Below, in pieces: positions 26,920 through 39,309 of a stretch of DNA of 64,000 nucleotides. Both the position numbers and the translations under genes were made by a program. The notes under the pieces were generated by a model. It did not search any database and was not told the DNA's origin. It worked only from the letters and a program-made list of their open reading frames with translations. Within the stretch, counting starts at the first letter, position 1. Each line of letters begins with the position of its first letter. The DNA is from Chiloscyllium plagiosum (Eukaryota). The stretch is taken from contig NC_057746.1 of NCBI RefSeq assembly GCF_004010195.1, forward strand, positions 11,320,881 through 11,384,880. Reading direction: 5' to 3'.

Positions 26920-27260
26920 TGCTTATTAACATCTCTCTTGGATGATCGAACCCTAATTATCAGAGTGTGCCCCCAGTTCTAGAATCCACGTCCATTTGGA
27001 ATAGTTTGTATTTCATGTGTTCTCTTTTAAATATCTTGAAGATTTCTGTCTTATCAGCAATGTCATGGAAACGACCGGAGAAACCAAGCCGAATTTTGAG
27101 AATCTCAATAACATCTCTGTATAACTTAAAGTAATTTTCGTTTAAACCCAGGATGTACTGCTACCAATGCCAGCACATTCATTCTAAGGTGTAATGATTA
27201 GATCTGCCCATAGAACTGAGAGTGATATTCAATAGGGTTCTATATAACTGCAGAACAACA
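26920..27260 (-). mobile_element. Old CR1 LINE fragment
   Basis: Decayed match to the reverse of the other CR1 3' regions in the window. Confidence 0.55.
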
Positions 27261-27429
27261 TCAATCAATTCAACTGTTGTTCAACTGTAGTTTTATATTT
27301 CGTTTAGGGTGACACCACAAAGGATCTCAGTGAAGGAATTAAGCATGAGTATGTATTTCTTCTGAAAACATTAACATTTCCCACATTCCCTTCTGAGATG
27401 GCTATAAGTCGTGAAATATTATGTTGTTC

Positions 27430-28320
27430 TCACAATCGAATGAACTGAACTAGAGAAATAAATGGGCATTGAATCAAATTTTTGAACTGCTCTCTTAACC
27501 TCCGCTGTGTCACAGCATAAATGCACGTATTTGTGCAACAGCTCAGGAGCTGAAGCATGTATCCTATTTCTTGTACAAAGTTATGTAGAATCATACGAGT
27601 TAGTTCCAAACCTGACATACGGTTCCATATGGAATGTAGCATGAAAAAAAGACCAAAGCAATATGAAATTGCCTGAAACAACAAACAGCAGAATGATGGA
27701 CTTATTTTGATTCTCCGTCTGTGTGTCTCTGGGAGGACCCCCATTGCTTTGACCCTGGAGCCTTTCGAAAGCTCTGCTGGCCACTATGATGTGCCTCACA
27801 GTGAAAATATTGAACATCACTATTAGCACAAACGGGAAACACGTAGTTAATAGTAGTGGAAGAACTCGATGGATGCCCACACCGGTGAGGTTCAATTACT
27901 TGCTGAAATTCAATAAAACCAGCCAGAATTCTGAAGCAAATAACGGCCAAGTAGCATAACATACCAGAAAATATTTTTTAAGAAATTCAGAACAGTCACG
28001 ATTCCTAGAACGAGAGCTACATTGTTTGCAGCGCAATATTTAGGTTTCAGCTTCTGGAAACCAATAGCCACAAATGGAACCATTGTGAAAGTTCCAGTGA
28101 ACCAGACAGAACAATCTATGACTGCATACAGGATGACAGCAAATGCGGATGGAAGCAAATCAATTAAAATGATGCGGATAACGAATTGGAATATGCCTCA
28201 ATATCAGGTCGAAGATGACAACCAGTGGATCCGCTACTGCCACGGTCACGAGATAACGCGTGAAACATTTGGATAGACCACAATTTCTCCGAGGTGGGAA
28301 CCCGATCTTTACACTATTTA
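27430..28320 (-). pseudogene. GPR139/142-like GPCR exon 2 (frameshifted); probable exon 1 at 34315-34401
   Basis: Acceptor gacag|TAAAT; RNCGLSKCFTRYLVTVAVADPLVVIFDLILRHIP; DCSVWFT.TF; FPFVLIVMFNIFTVRHIIVASR; KSIILLFVVSGNFILLW; GYMLQLLSCCTNTCIYAVTQRRLREQFK spread over several frames. Confidence 0.92.
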
Positions 28321-28529
28321 CTGTCAGCAAAAATACCAAAAGAAGGTATCAGTTTGTAACATTCTGGCCTATACACAATTTGAGACCGTTTCTTGAGAAA
28401 TTACAATGACGACATTCGCAGGACAATGGGAATCATCATAGATTGTGTCGAGCGTGAAAACCAGCTATTGCGCTATTTGTGTATAAACAGATCTCTGAGG
28501 AGTGTCCTAACTTATCCCTGCATTTCTCT

Positions 28530-28705
28530 TGGCTGATCCACGTTTGGGCGATTTAGCTTGGACGACCTAACTACCCCCCTGCATCTTTGCACTGTGAGCA
28601 CCCGGTGAAAACCTGAACAGGCAAGTCGTGCAAACCCAACATCGACAGTCACACATCAAGTGTGGGCCCTTGGTGCTGTGAGGCAGTACTATTAATCACG
28701 GACCC
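28530..28705 (-). mobile_element. Old degenerate V-SINE
   Basis: atttagcttgg...tgcatctttgcactgtgag...gtgctgtgaggcagtactattaatcac resembles the young SINE reverse complement. Confidence 0.65.
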
Positions 28706-28779
28706 AGTTTACCTTCCATAAGCCTAAACTAAACGAAAAGATCTTGGAATGGTTTTCCACACATCCACAAGGGTACAAG

Positions 28780-29625
28780 TAGGGTTAAGTGGTTAATTTT
28801 TAATAGTTGAGACACAGATTACACAGGGAAGATATGTTGGCATCGCACAGACCTTGTTGTTGTCACATCTGGGATACTGCATCCAGTTCTGCTCTATATA
28901 CCACAGACCTTTGCAATGTGCGAGCTGCAAGGAAAATTCGGGAGGATGTTTTCTGAAATGGAGCATTTCAGTGACAAACGAGGATCGATAAGTTTGTGGC
29001 CGTTTGTTTGGAATAGAGAAGTGCGTGTGGGGGTCCTGTGATAGGTGTATACAATTAATATGGGCATAGACACGCTGGATAGGAAATCAATGTCAAAAAC
29101 AAGGCAATATCAATTTAATGTGAATGCAATAGTTTAAAAGGTGAGGAAATTATTTTCACCCAGAGGTTGATCAGAGTTTGGGATGCACTACCTCGGAGGG
29201 CATTGTCGTTGAGAAACCTCAAAACCTTTTTTAAAATAATGTATTTGGATGAGCCCTTGGATATAATAAGATTCAAGACGAGAAGTGTGGCCCTGGAAAA
29301 GGACAGCAGTTCAGGCAGCATCTGAAGAGCAGGAGAGTCATTTCTTCGGGCATAAGCACTTCAATGGGAATGTCAGATTTATCTCCAAAACATCTACACT
29401 CCCGCTACCCGAATACTGCCTGAATATATATATGGTTTTCCAGCGTCACACCTTTCGACTCTGATCTTCTGCATCTGGAGTCCCCACTTTCCTGTGTCAT
29501 CCGATTCAAGGATATGGACAGAGTGCAAGAAAATGGGAGTAGTATAGATCGTCATTTATTTTTGGCTTTACAGCCTCGATAGACAGAAGAGTCTCCTTTG
29601 TATTGTGTGGTCCCATGATTGTATG
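28780..29625 (+). mobile_element. Old CR1 3' fragment with an inserted Penelope tail repeat (29280-29490)
   Basis: ttcacccagaggttgatcagagtttgggatgcactacc motif; insert ...ggcagcatctgaagagcaggagagtc...ttcgggcataagcacttc. Confidence 0.65.
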
Positions 29626-29859
29626 ACATTTATTCAGTATAATTGAAATGGCCAGCTTTCCTCACCTGAGTGATTTCCAAGTGACTTGAGCTCTTTGTAA
29701 TAAACTAAGGCCACTTTATATCATGCACACTGATTATCGATATCTGATGCAATTACCTGTGAGCTATTGACAAAACATAAGTCAGGAGCATGATGGAACA
29801 CTCCACATTTACCTGGATGAGTGCATGTCAAGCAACACTTAGGAAACCCGTCAATGTGA

Positions 29860-30105
29860 TAGATATAGGACAGATGTCAGAGGTAGTTTCTTTACTCAGA
29901 GAGTAGTAATGGTATGGAATGCTTTACCTGCAACGGCAGTAGATTCGCCAACTTTAAATACATTTAAGTCGTCATTGGACAAGCATATGGACGTACATAG
30001 AATTGTGTAGGTTAGATGGGCTTCGGATTGGTATGACAGTCGGCGCAACATCGAGGGCTGAAGGGCGTGTACTGCGCTGTAATGTTCTATGTTCTATGTT
30101 CTATG
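29860..30105 (+). mobile_element. CR1 LINE extreme 3' end
   Basis: acagatgtcagaggtagtttctttactcagagagtag; (TTCTATG)3 tail. Confidence 0.9.
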
Positions 30106-30189
30106 TCCGAGAGAGCAAAATCTGCACTCTCTGCAGCGTCGATGCAAAGTGTTAGCAGCACGTATTTTAATAGAAAAGCATTTAACATA

Positions 30190-31490
30190 AATAACATGAT
30201 CAAGCAATGCCACAAAGGTTTCCTGAAACAGGCAAAACATGTCTGACAAATTAACTGCGGAGATAACAGGTGTGTCAATAAAAAGGAAGCAGTGAATGTT
30301 AAAAACAAAACGAAGCTTCCAGAAAGCGTTTGATAAGATCAAACTCCCGAATAATATAAGACCCATGGCTTTGCATGCTGCATATTCGCTTCGAGAACTG
30401 TGTATCAGTAGAAAGCAGAGAATCGGAATAAAGGGGATATTTTCGCTCTGCTAAACTGGTATTAGCAGAATACCACAGGGATCAGTCCTTGACTGTGACT
30501 ATTTACAAAACATGTTAACGACTTTGGACGAGGGGCACTAGATAGAAGCTTCTTGATTACATACAAATATATTGGAATATAAATGCTGAAAAACAGACAC
30601 AACGTGGACAAGAAATAATGTCCAGATAGAATTGAAGTGATTGGGCAAAACAATGATGAACTTACTTCAATCTGGATAAACGTGATGCCGTGTACTCGAG
30701 GGTGGAGAAAAAACAAAAAGACCAAGCACGATTTAAATGGAGATAGACTGCAGTAAATCAGCAGAACTGAAGTTTTGGGTCTCCTCGTCCAGGAATCACA
30801 GAATGCTCGTATCTAAGATCAACGGGGAACAGGAAAGGCAAATGAAGCAAAATATAGATCTTTATTTCATAGCGAATAGGGTAGCAAAAGATGCAAATCT
30901 GTGCAACATGCTACTTGGACAATGCCAACAATAGTACAAACAATTTTGGTCCTGTAACGTAATGAAACGTTTATTGGCATGGTCGGCCGTCCAGTGAACG
31001 CTTGCTGGGCTTTTAACAGGTATGGAGGGATTGTTTTACAACAAAAGATTAAGTAGTTTGGGCCTCTAATCAGGAATTTAGAAAAATGGAAGGGAACCTT
31101 ATTGAAGCAATCAAACTGCTTTCGGAACTTGACAGGCTGGATGAGGAGTATTCGTCCCGTTTTGGAAACAAAAGTCAAGATCCGGTAGGAAAAGCATCAA
31201 CTGACAGTAAGGGGTCGCCCGTTCAAGACAGAAATGAGAAAGAATTCATGCTGTCAGTGGGGAGTGAGTTTGTGCATTTTCATTTTGCCATGGAGGACGA
31301 CCGAGGTTGGGTGACGAAGCATGTTTAGGAGTAAAATAAATGAATCTGGAAGGGAATCGAGGGGAGTGCGGAAAAGGCAGGCAAGTGCACCCGAAGATAA
31401 TCATACCAGGTACGATCTCATTGAATACTAGAGTAGACTAGATGGGCAGAAATGACTGCCTTTGCTCTTGTGGCTTTTGGTCTTACGATC
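30190..31490 (+). mobile_element. Old CR1 LINE ORF2 remnant
   Basis: Decayed HG...SCLTN, FQKAFDK and MEGNLIEAIKLL motifs. Confidence 0.7.
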
Positions 31491-31904
31491 TTTGTCGCGT
31501 AGAAGTATAAAGTTTTGCTGAAGATTGATCAGGATAGAAATTGCATTATGTTTATCTCTCTATCATTAACTATAATCCTACGTAATCGTGCAGAACAAGT
31601 TATTTTTGTCGTCATAAACAGCAGCTGAATATCGTCTTTCTTGCACAAAGAAAATCAATGTTGTGGCAGGATTTCAAAGAAATCATACAAAAAGAACAGA
31701 ACGAATTTATCAAACAAATTACATTCATCAAGACACAGCATACAAATGTCTGCAATAACATGCAAATCGTAAGGAGTGGATTACGGTAAGTTTGTTTTCT
31801 GGGACACTCCTCTTCCACTTCCAACGCATCACAACACACTCAAGGCATTTTTCCATGGCATCTCAGAAGGTGCAAACCCTGCCATCACTGCCAAAGTCTC
31901 AAAT

Positions 31905-33545
31905 GGAACATAGAACACTGAACAGTACAACACAGTACAGGCCGTTTGGCTCAGGAAGCTGTGCTGAGCATTTATCTTAATCTAAGATCAACATCACCTG
32001 CACATCCATCAATTAACTCCCGCCCATGTGCTTGTTCAGCAGTCAATTAAATGTCCCTAATGTCTCTAAATCTACTACTACCGCTGGCAGTATATTCCAT
32101 GCACTACCATCATCTGCGTACTACCTCTGACATCTCCCGAATCACATTATAACCATGACTCGTCGTGACAGCCATTTCTGGACAGAGGCAAAGTCTCTGG
32201 TTATCTACTCCTCTTATTACATTTTCCACCTCTATCAAGTCACCTCTCTTCCTCCTTCTCTCCAATGTGAAAAGCCCTCCTTCACTCAATCTCTCTTCAT
32301 AAGACAAGCCCTCCAATCTAGGCAGCATCCTGGTAAATACACTTCGCACGCGCACTTAAGCATTGGCATCTTTCCTATAATAAGGCGACAAAACTAGACA
32401 CAATATTCCTGGTATGGTCTAACCAGGGTTTTATAGAGCTGCAGCGTAACATCACAACTCTTAAACTTAATTCCCATGTTAATGAAAGCCAAAACACCAT
32501 ACATTTTCTTAACCACCTTACCTTTTTCTTAGCAAATTTGACGAATCTGTGTACATGGATCCCAATATGCACTGTTCCTCCACACTGCCAAAATCCTATC
32601 TTTAACCCTGCATTCAGCATTTATGTTCGAATTTCCAAAACAAATCATTTCACATTTATCCAGGTTGAACTCCATCTGCCACCTCTCAGCCCAGACCTAC
32701 ATTCTGTCACTGTCTTGTTGTAGCCTGCAACAACCATGGGCACTATCTACAACACCACCGACATTTGAGTCATTGGCAATCCTACTAACACACCCTTCCA
32801 CTCTTCATCCAAGTCATTAAAAAAAAGACAAACATCGGAATCCCAAAATCAGATCACTGCGGGACACCACTGGCCACCATCCTCCAGGCAGAAATCTTTC
32901 CATCCACTATGACTGGCTGTCCACTTTTGGAAAGCAGATTCTTCAGCCAGTCAGCCAAGTTTTCCTGTATCCCATACCTTCTAAGTTTCTGAATGAGCCT
33001 ACCATGGGGAACTTTATCAAAGGATTAGTGAAATCCATATACATCACATCCACTGCTTGACCTTCCTCAACTTAACTCGTCATATACTCAAAGAACCCAA
33101 TCAGGCTTTTGAGGCATGATCTTCCCCTCACAATACTATACTGACTGCCTTTAATGAAGCTATGTTTTTGTTTCGAAATAGTCATGAATCCTATCTCTCA
33201 GAATCCTTTCCGGTACCTTGCTTATCACAGGTATAAGCCTGAAAGATCTGTGATTCCCAGGGATTTCCCTATTTTCTTTTTTGAACACTCGCCTCCCCCC
33301 AGCTAGGTGGTACAACTCCCATGGAGAGTGAGCATGCAAAGATCATCGCCAGAGACACAGCAAACTCATTCCTCGTTGCCCATAGTAACCTTGGATATAT
33401 TTGGTCCGGCCCTGGGGCATTCATCTATCTTGATTCTTCCCAGAATTTCCAGTTCCGCTTCCTCAATATCAATCTGTTCAATCCGTTTCATCTGGTCCAC
33501 GGTGTTCTCACTATCAACAAGGTCCCTGTTTCTAGTGAACACTGA
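31905..33545 (-). mobile_element. CR1 LINE (paralog of 1-1470, with 3' tail)
   Basis: FTRMLPRLEGLSYEERL...LERRRKRGDLIEV; gaacatagaaca tail at ~31907. Confidence 0.9.
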
Positions 33546-34314
33546 ACCATATTCATCTTCCTGGTGAAGCAATGTTTCACCTGCAAGTAACTCAATGCAC
33601 TATCTACATTGGACATTTAGCAGTATATTCTGCATTAGCATAATAAAACATATTCCGAGTCACTGCTTTGCAAATCACTAGTATTCTTTTCATATTAATG
33701 ACCGTGCACTGCTAGTTTCCTGTGAGTTCAACACAACCACCTTGTTCCTTGCCCAACATTTCTGTCACAGTTCTGTTTAGTTGTCCACTGAGGCTCAATG
33801 CAACTAGAGTAATCATACCTAACTTTGCGTTTGTTACCGCTGCAGTTTCAGAATTTAATATCGTGTTGAATAAGTGTATGGACTGAATACCTTCTCCCAT
33901 GACCTTTACCCATCCCTAGACCCTAGACCCCTTCATTGTATGGACTGATTTCAGCATACTCAATCGAACTGCACCGAATTATTCTCTCCATTCGCAACTT
34001 TACTACCTTTCTGGCTCATCATCATCTATGCCTTTGATGGTCCGTCTTTCTTGCTTCCAGACTTGATACCCTTCTCCAGCAATTTTCACTATCTTTTTCA
34101 CATCATTCCCATTCTACAGGAAACAGAACTGTACACAGTGCACTAACTATTGCCGTTCCAAAGCGTTGCACACCTCCAACATAACCTCCCTGCCCTTAAA
34201 CCTCATGTCACGACAGTAAATGGAAAGCATTTTGTTAAATTTCTACAGTACCCTGTTAGATTGCCTTCTTGCATTCGGCAATCTGTGGACAAACAGCCCG
34301 AAATGGGCACTTAC

Positions 34315-34401
34315 GAGGAACAACAACAAAGGGTAATAAAAATCATGCACTTTGAAGAGGTAGTCATCTACCTGGCACAGTATTGATTTTGCACAATACA
34401 T
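34315..34401 (-). pseudogene. Exon 1 of a GPR139/142-like GPCR (likely splices to 28320)
   Basis: MYCAKSILCQVDDYLFKVHDFYYPLLLFL|GTAAGT; 87 nt vs 97 nt in the paralog, so a 10-nt deletion breaks phase. Confidence 0.75.
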
Positions 34402-35934
34402 TCTTTCCTCTTCTTAGTGAAGTTAAACACCCCGGTCAATTAATTGGTGGACTCTGGCCAACACATTGGAATAACTGATTAAAACACGGCACCACTTATT
34501 ACTGCCGTGTTGCAGTTCACAGAGGACCAATTCCATGCTAGGAGAGGCTGCTGTTAACTGAAGTCAATGAACAATTATGTTCTGCGCGGCGACTTCAAAA
34601 CAACATATTCTTAATAAAAAAAACACATTGGACCACACACGATTGAATGATAATTTGCCGACCTGAATGCAATACATTTAGAAACGCTTAGCTTTAAAAG
34701 TACCTACAAGTTAGCAAGACGAATTGGAGATATAAAGGATCTATAGAAATGACGCAAGGAGTGCGTACACAATAACACCAGCAAGGTCAAGAAGTTAAAT
34801 TAAATCAGATTGAATGTCACAAAGAACCAGGTCAGTTAAATAAAGTAGCTAAAAAAGCATGTGGAATGTGTGCTCGTTTTACAGTTCAAGAGCAGGGAAT
34901 TGGTTCTGGAGCCGTCTGAAACATTAGTTAAACAACTATTAGAATGTTATCTATTGTTCTGTAATCAGCATTGTAGGAGAGATAACACTACAGTTGAGGT
35001 AGTGTGGAGGAGATTTACCAGAATGTACACCGATAAAGTCAAACATTATAAGCGTTTATGCTTCCAAAATACTTATTGGGAGTGTGTTCCATATTCCCAC
35101 CTCTTTCTGCAACAAAATGATTTCCCTACATGTCCTCTCAAATTTCTCCCCCTTCTTTTAATCCTATTCGGTTCGAAGCAGCTTGTGCGACAAGCATGAA
35201 GTTCCCAATTGTCCTGTTGCGGCTTCTGATTATGAACTTTGATCTTCGTTATCAAATTTATGCGGTCACAGTTCATTGTGGGAACACAAACGTTACAAAG
35301 GATGTTCCGTTAATTTCTTCTGTCTTCAGATGATGACTATCACGTGGAATATGCCTTCATCAGAATGCATTGTGTCTCAACACGCTGAGCTGAAGCTTTG
35401 GAAATGAAGTACAAACAACGTTGGATCATCAGAAGCCTGAAAGATTTGCAGAAACTGAGTAATATCATCGAGTTTATGAACAACCAAGCGCAGACAAAAA
35501 CTAAAGTGTTCAACACTTTCGTGCAATCAGCAGGTAAATACCTGCTAACTGGAAACAAATTTGGTTAATCGATGCTAAACAGAAACTATGATTGGCTGAA
35601 TTACTTGCTAATTTCAACTTCTGCAGCTTAGCAAGCAAGAATTCCTACACAGAAAGAAATAGATAGAACAAATACGATAACGGTATGGTTTCAAGAGGTG
35701 TATTTTATCCTTTTTGTTTCTGAAGAGAGACTTTGAGCCATAGGAATATAGCTTCCCATTTGAAACCACGAAAGTGAACACCTTGTGAGGCGGTCAGTGT
35801 TTGTTTTTTACATTGGAAGAATAGAAGCACCATGAACAGGTGGAATCAGGTTCCCACAGAACGTAGGTTTTAGTTTGGTTTTCAATGATTGTTGGGGTTT
35901 GAAATCTGTCATATATTTCTCCACGCTAAAGCAA

Positions 35935-36270
35935 TGTCCATGTACATAGATCCCTCAAAGTTGCCACCCAGGTTGATAGTGCTGTTAAGAACGCATATGG
36001 TGTGTTAGGTTTTATTGGTAAAGGAATTGAGTAAGGGAGCTGTGATGTCATTCTGCTAAAGGACAAAATAGTAGTGCGGCCTCACTTGGAGTACTGTGTA
36101 CAATTCTGGTCGTCCCATTACAGGGAGGATGCGGAAGCATTGAAAAAGGTGCAGAGGAGATTTACCAGGCTAGAGGCAAGGCCTTATGCAGAAAAACAGA
36201 GGGACTTGTGTATGTTGTCATTGGAGAGAAGAAGGCTAAGAGGGGATTTAATTGGGATATATAGGATAAT
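35935..36270 (+). mobile_element. CR1 LINE fragment (paralog of 3990-4240)
   Basis: RPHLEYCVQFWS...LERRRLRGDLI. Confidence 0.85.
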
Positions 36271-36964
36271 CAGAGTTAACAGACTTCCTATCTTTGAAAT
36301 TATTCCATTACTTTCCTGTTGACACAGAACTTTTCTTTCGTAGCTGTACTTCAGTCACTGATTGAGAATTCTTCCTTTAATGACTTTGAGGACACGTTAC
36401 TCCTTCTTCAAGAAGGATGTTGTTTATGAAGAGGCTAAGCAGAAAATTATTGTACCATTATCTGATAAAAGAAGAAACGTGGAAATTTCTGATGTAAGAT
36501 TAGAATTGTAAATATTGAAGTTTCTGTTACAATGATCTAACCTGACAGATTATAGTCAGGATATTGATTTGTCCAGTTTTCCATTCAGTGGTGATCAATG
36601 CCGGGCGGCAAACAATTTCTGATACCAACTAACTTGAACGATACGACATAGTTGGTGACAATTCATCGAAGTTGATGAGCTGCAGCTTTAGGTTTATCTC
36701 TCAGACCAAATACCTTCCATCCATCTGGAGTCCTGAATCACCACATGAACAGTTGCACTTCACGTTCGCAGATGTCAAACAATCATTTCCCAAGACAACT
36801 GCTCCAACACACTCTTCTGCATGGTGCCTCTCCAAACATACCGCCACATTCCCCATTTCCGGCCAAACCCATTGCCTCCTTCGCCTTCTGCCTTCAATCT
36901 GGATGCTTCATCCCATATACATCATATATATCAATTGGCTGATGGAGTAGAAACAAGGTTTCTG

Positions 36965-38133
36965 TTTATCATTTCAGGTCTTTCTTAATCAATTCAATAA
37001 TTTTTGTAAATGAATGCTTCACTGCACTTTTGAACTGTTCTCTGCTTGTGGACTGATTCGCCAAATAAATAAATGCATTTGTGCAACAATTTTAATTCCG
37101 CAGCATCAAATCAAATTCTTCAAAAATTTATAAAGATAAGCTGCAATCTTTGAGAAGAATTTGCGATTCTGGAATATGTGAAATCTGTAATATTAGTCAC
37201 CCACAGACGTATGAAGCTGTCAGATATGGTGAAGAGTAAAATCACTGCTCTGTAACGCTGGGTCTCTGTGATACCCGGTTTTCATGGGCCTCTTCATTCC
37301 CCTGCAAACCTGATTAGCCTACAAAATATGACTGAAAGTAAGAGCATTAACGAGCAGAATTAGAGCAAATGGGAGAATTAGTGTTAATATAGTATCTCGC
37401 CAGTTAAAAAACAAAACAACCATCCATGATTAATATGAAAGATTGGCTTTTCGTGAAAGAACTATGACATTTTATCAACAATCCTTTCAGATTCCTACAC
37501 AAAGGAGAAGGGTATATTTTGTTTTGATGAAAGAGAAGAGAACACGTTGTTGACGAAACTAAAGCTGCAGTTCAAAGATCATATGACATTGGAATGGAAG
37601 TTATGCCATTCGCCCCATTGAGTCCAATCCGCCATTTGATCATGGCTGATGGGGATTTCAATTCCATTTACCCACACTCTCCCTGTAGCCCTTAATTCTT
37701 TGTGAGATGAAGAATTTATCAATCTCTGACTTGAAAATATTTCGTCCCGGCCTCCACTGCACTCCGTGGAAATGAATTCCACAGTCCCACCACTCCCTAG
37801 CTGAAGAAATTACTCCTCACTTCTCTTCTAAAATGATCTGCTTTAATGTTACAATACCTCGTCTTCAGCTTCTGGCAATAAATGGCCATAAATCAATCAA
37901 TGGTAAAAGTGACACTGAACCAGATAGAGCAGCCTGTTGCCTGATGAGCCAGAAAACATGTGACACGACAGACAGGAATGATTTGTAGGATTATTAAAAA
38001 TCTGTGCAGTCCCAATATGGCCTCGGTGGTAATGACGATTTGATTCGCTGCCGCCATGGACAGCAGGTAGAAAGTCGTACAAATGAAGAGGCTGCACTTT
38101 CCCTCGGCAGAATCACAATTGCCAGCAGATTTA
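36965..38133 (-). pseudogene. GPR139/142-like GPCR exon 2 (paralog of 6645-7816), LINE-disrupted
   Basis: Acceptor ttgcag|TAAATCTG; GKCSLFICTTFYLLSMAAANQIVITTEAIL...ATGCSIWFSVTFTID; CR1 insert at ~37575-37845. Confidence 0.85.
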
Positions 38134-38407
38134 CTGCAAGAGATGGACAAGGAAAGGGAAATGAAATTACTGATCAGAATATTTGTGAATGAACAATTAC
38201 TGCCTCGAAAATAATTGGCATTCAAGAGTTCAAAAAAACACTCAGTCCAATCACAAACGTAACCGCTTCATGAGCTGCCCATGTCTAGAATTAATATATA
38301 CTGATAATTTCGGTGGAATATTTCAAGAGGAAACAACAGAAAACTCCCAGGTGCATCAGAGGGGCAACGATTGCAATAACGATGAAAGGGAAAATATATT
38401 ATCTATT

Positions 38408-38779
38408 GGATGAAGGTTTGGTCGCTATGCTGGAATGCCTGTTTTGAAACGTTTCGTCACCATACAAGGTTACATTTTTAGTGAGCCTCCAAGTGAAACA
38501 CTGCTGGTGTAGCCCACTTTCTATTTGTACGTTTGAATTTACTTGGGTTATTGATGTCATTTCCTGTAGTGACATAATTTCCTATTGTGTTTTCCTTTCC
38601 TGTTCTTTTTCTCAATCATACAATAGAAAGCAGGCTACACCCCCAGTGCTTCATTCGGAGGCTCACTGAAGATGTTACCAGGTGTAATGACGAAAAGTCT
38701 GAAATGAACCATCCAGCTCAGCAAGCAAACCCACATCCAGAACATCAACCTGAGCTTCAAATCTTCTCAAAACTCGCTA
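38408..38779. mobile_element. Inverted-pLTR Penelope derivative (paralog of 8072-8442)
   Basis: Same inverted arms; right arm CTGAAGA tgttaccaggtgtaatgac GAAA agtc. Confidence 0.8.
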
Positions 38780-39016
38780 ATGTTATCTGCATTTCTATGT
38801 TAATTCCTGCATGGTTGGATTTTCCCATTCTCGTGAAGCGACAGCAGTCAAGAATAAAGAGCACTGCCTCAGAAATACCTCTCCTGGACATCTTGTACAA
38901 TAGTCGGTAAAAAATATATATTTTAATAGACACTACCCTGAACCCCTTTGCAGCCCTGAAGCAATCAATCTTCGAAAGTGCAGCATTCCAAAAGCTAGTG
39001 TTTTCAATTAAACTAG

Positions 39017-39309
39017 ATTAGATTAGATTACATTACCGTGTGAAAACAGGCCCTTCGGCCCAACAAGTCCACACCGCCCCGCCGAAGCGAAACCCATACC
39101 CCTACATTTACCCCTTACCTAACACTGCGAGCAATTTAGCATGGCCAATTCACCTGACCTGCACATCTTTGGACTGTGGGAGGAAACCCACGCAGACACG
39201 GGGAGAATGTGCAAACTCCACACAGTCAGTCGCCTGAGGCGGGAATTGAACGCGGGTCTCCGGCGCTGTGAGGCAGCAGTGCTAACCACTGTGCCACCGT
39301 GCCGCCCAC
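39017..39309 (-). mobile_element. Young V-SINE (HE1-like), specific to copy B, with 7-bp TSD
   Basis: AAACTAG at 39010-39016 and 39310-39316; empty site at ~8668-8676 in copy A. Confidence 0.95.
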
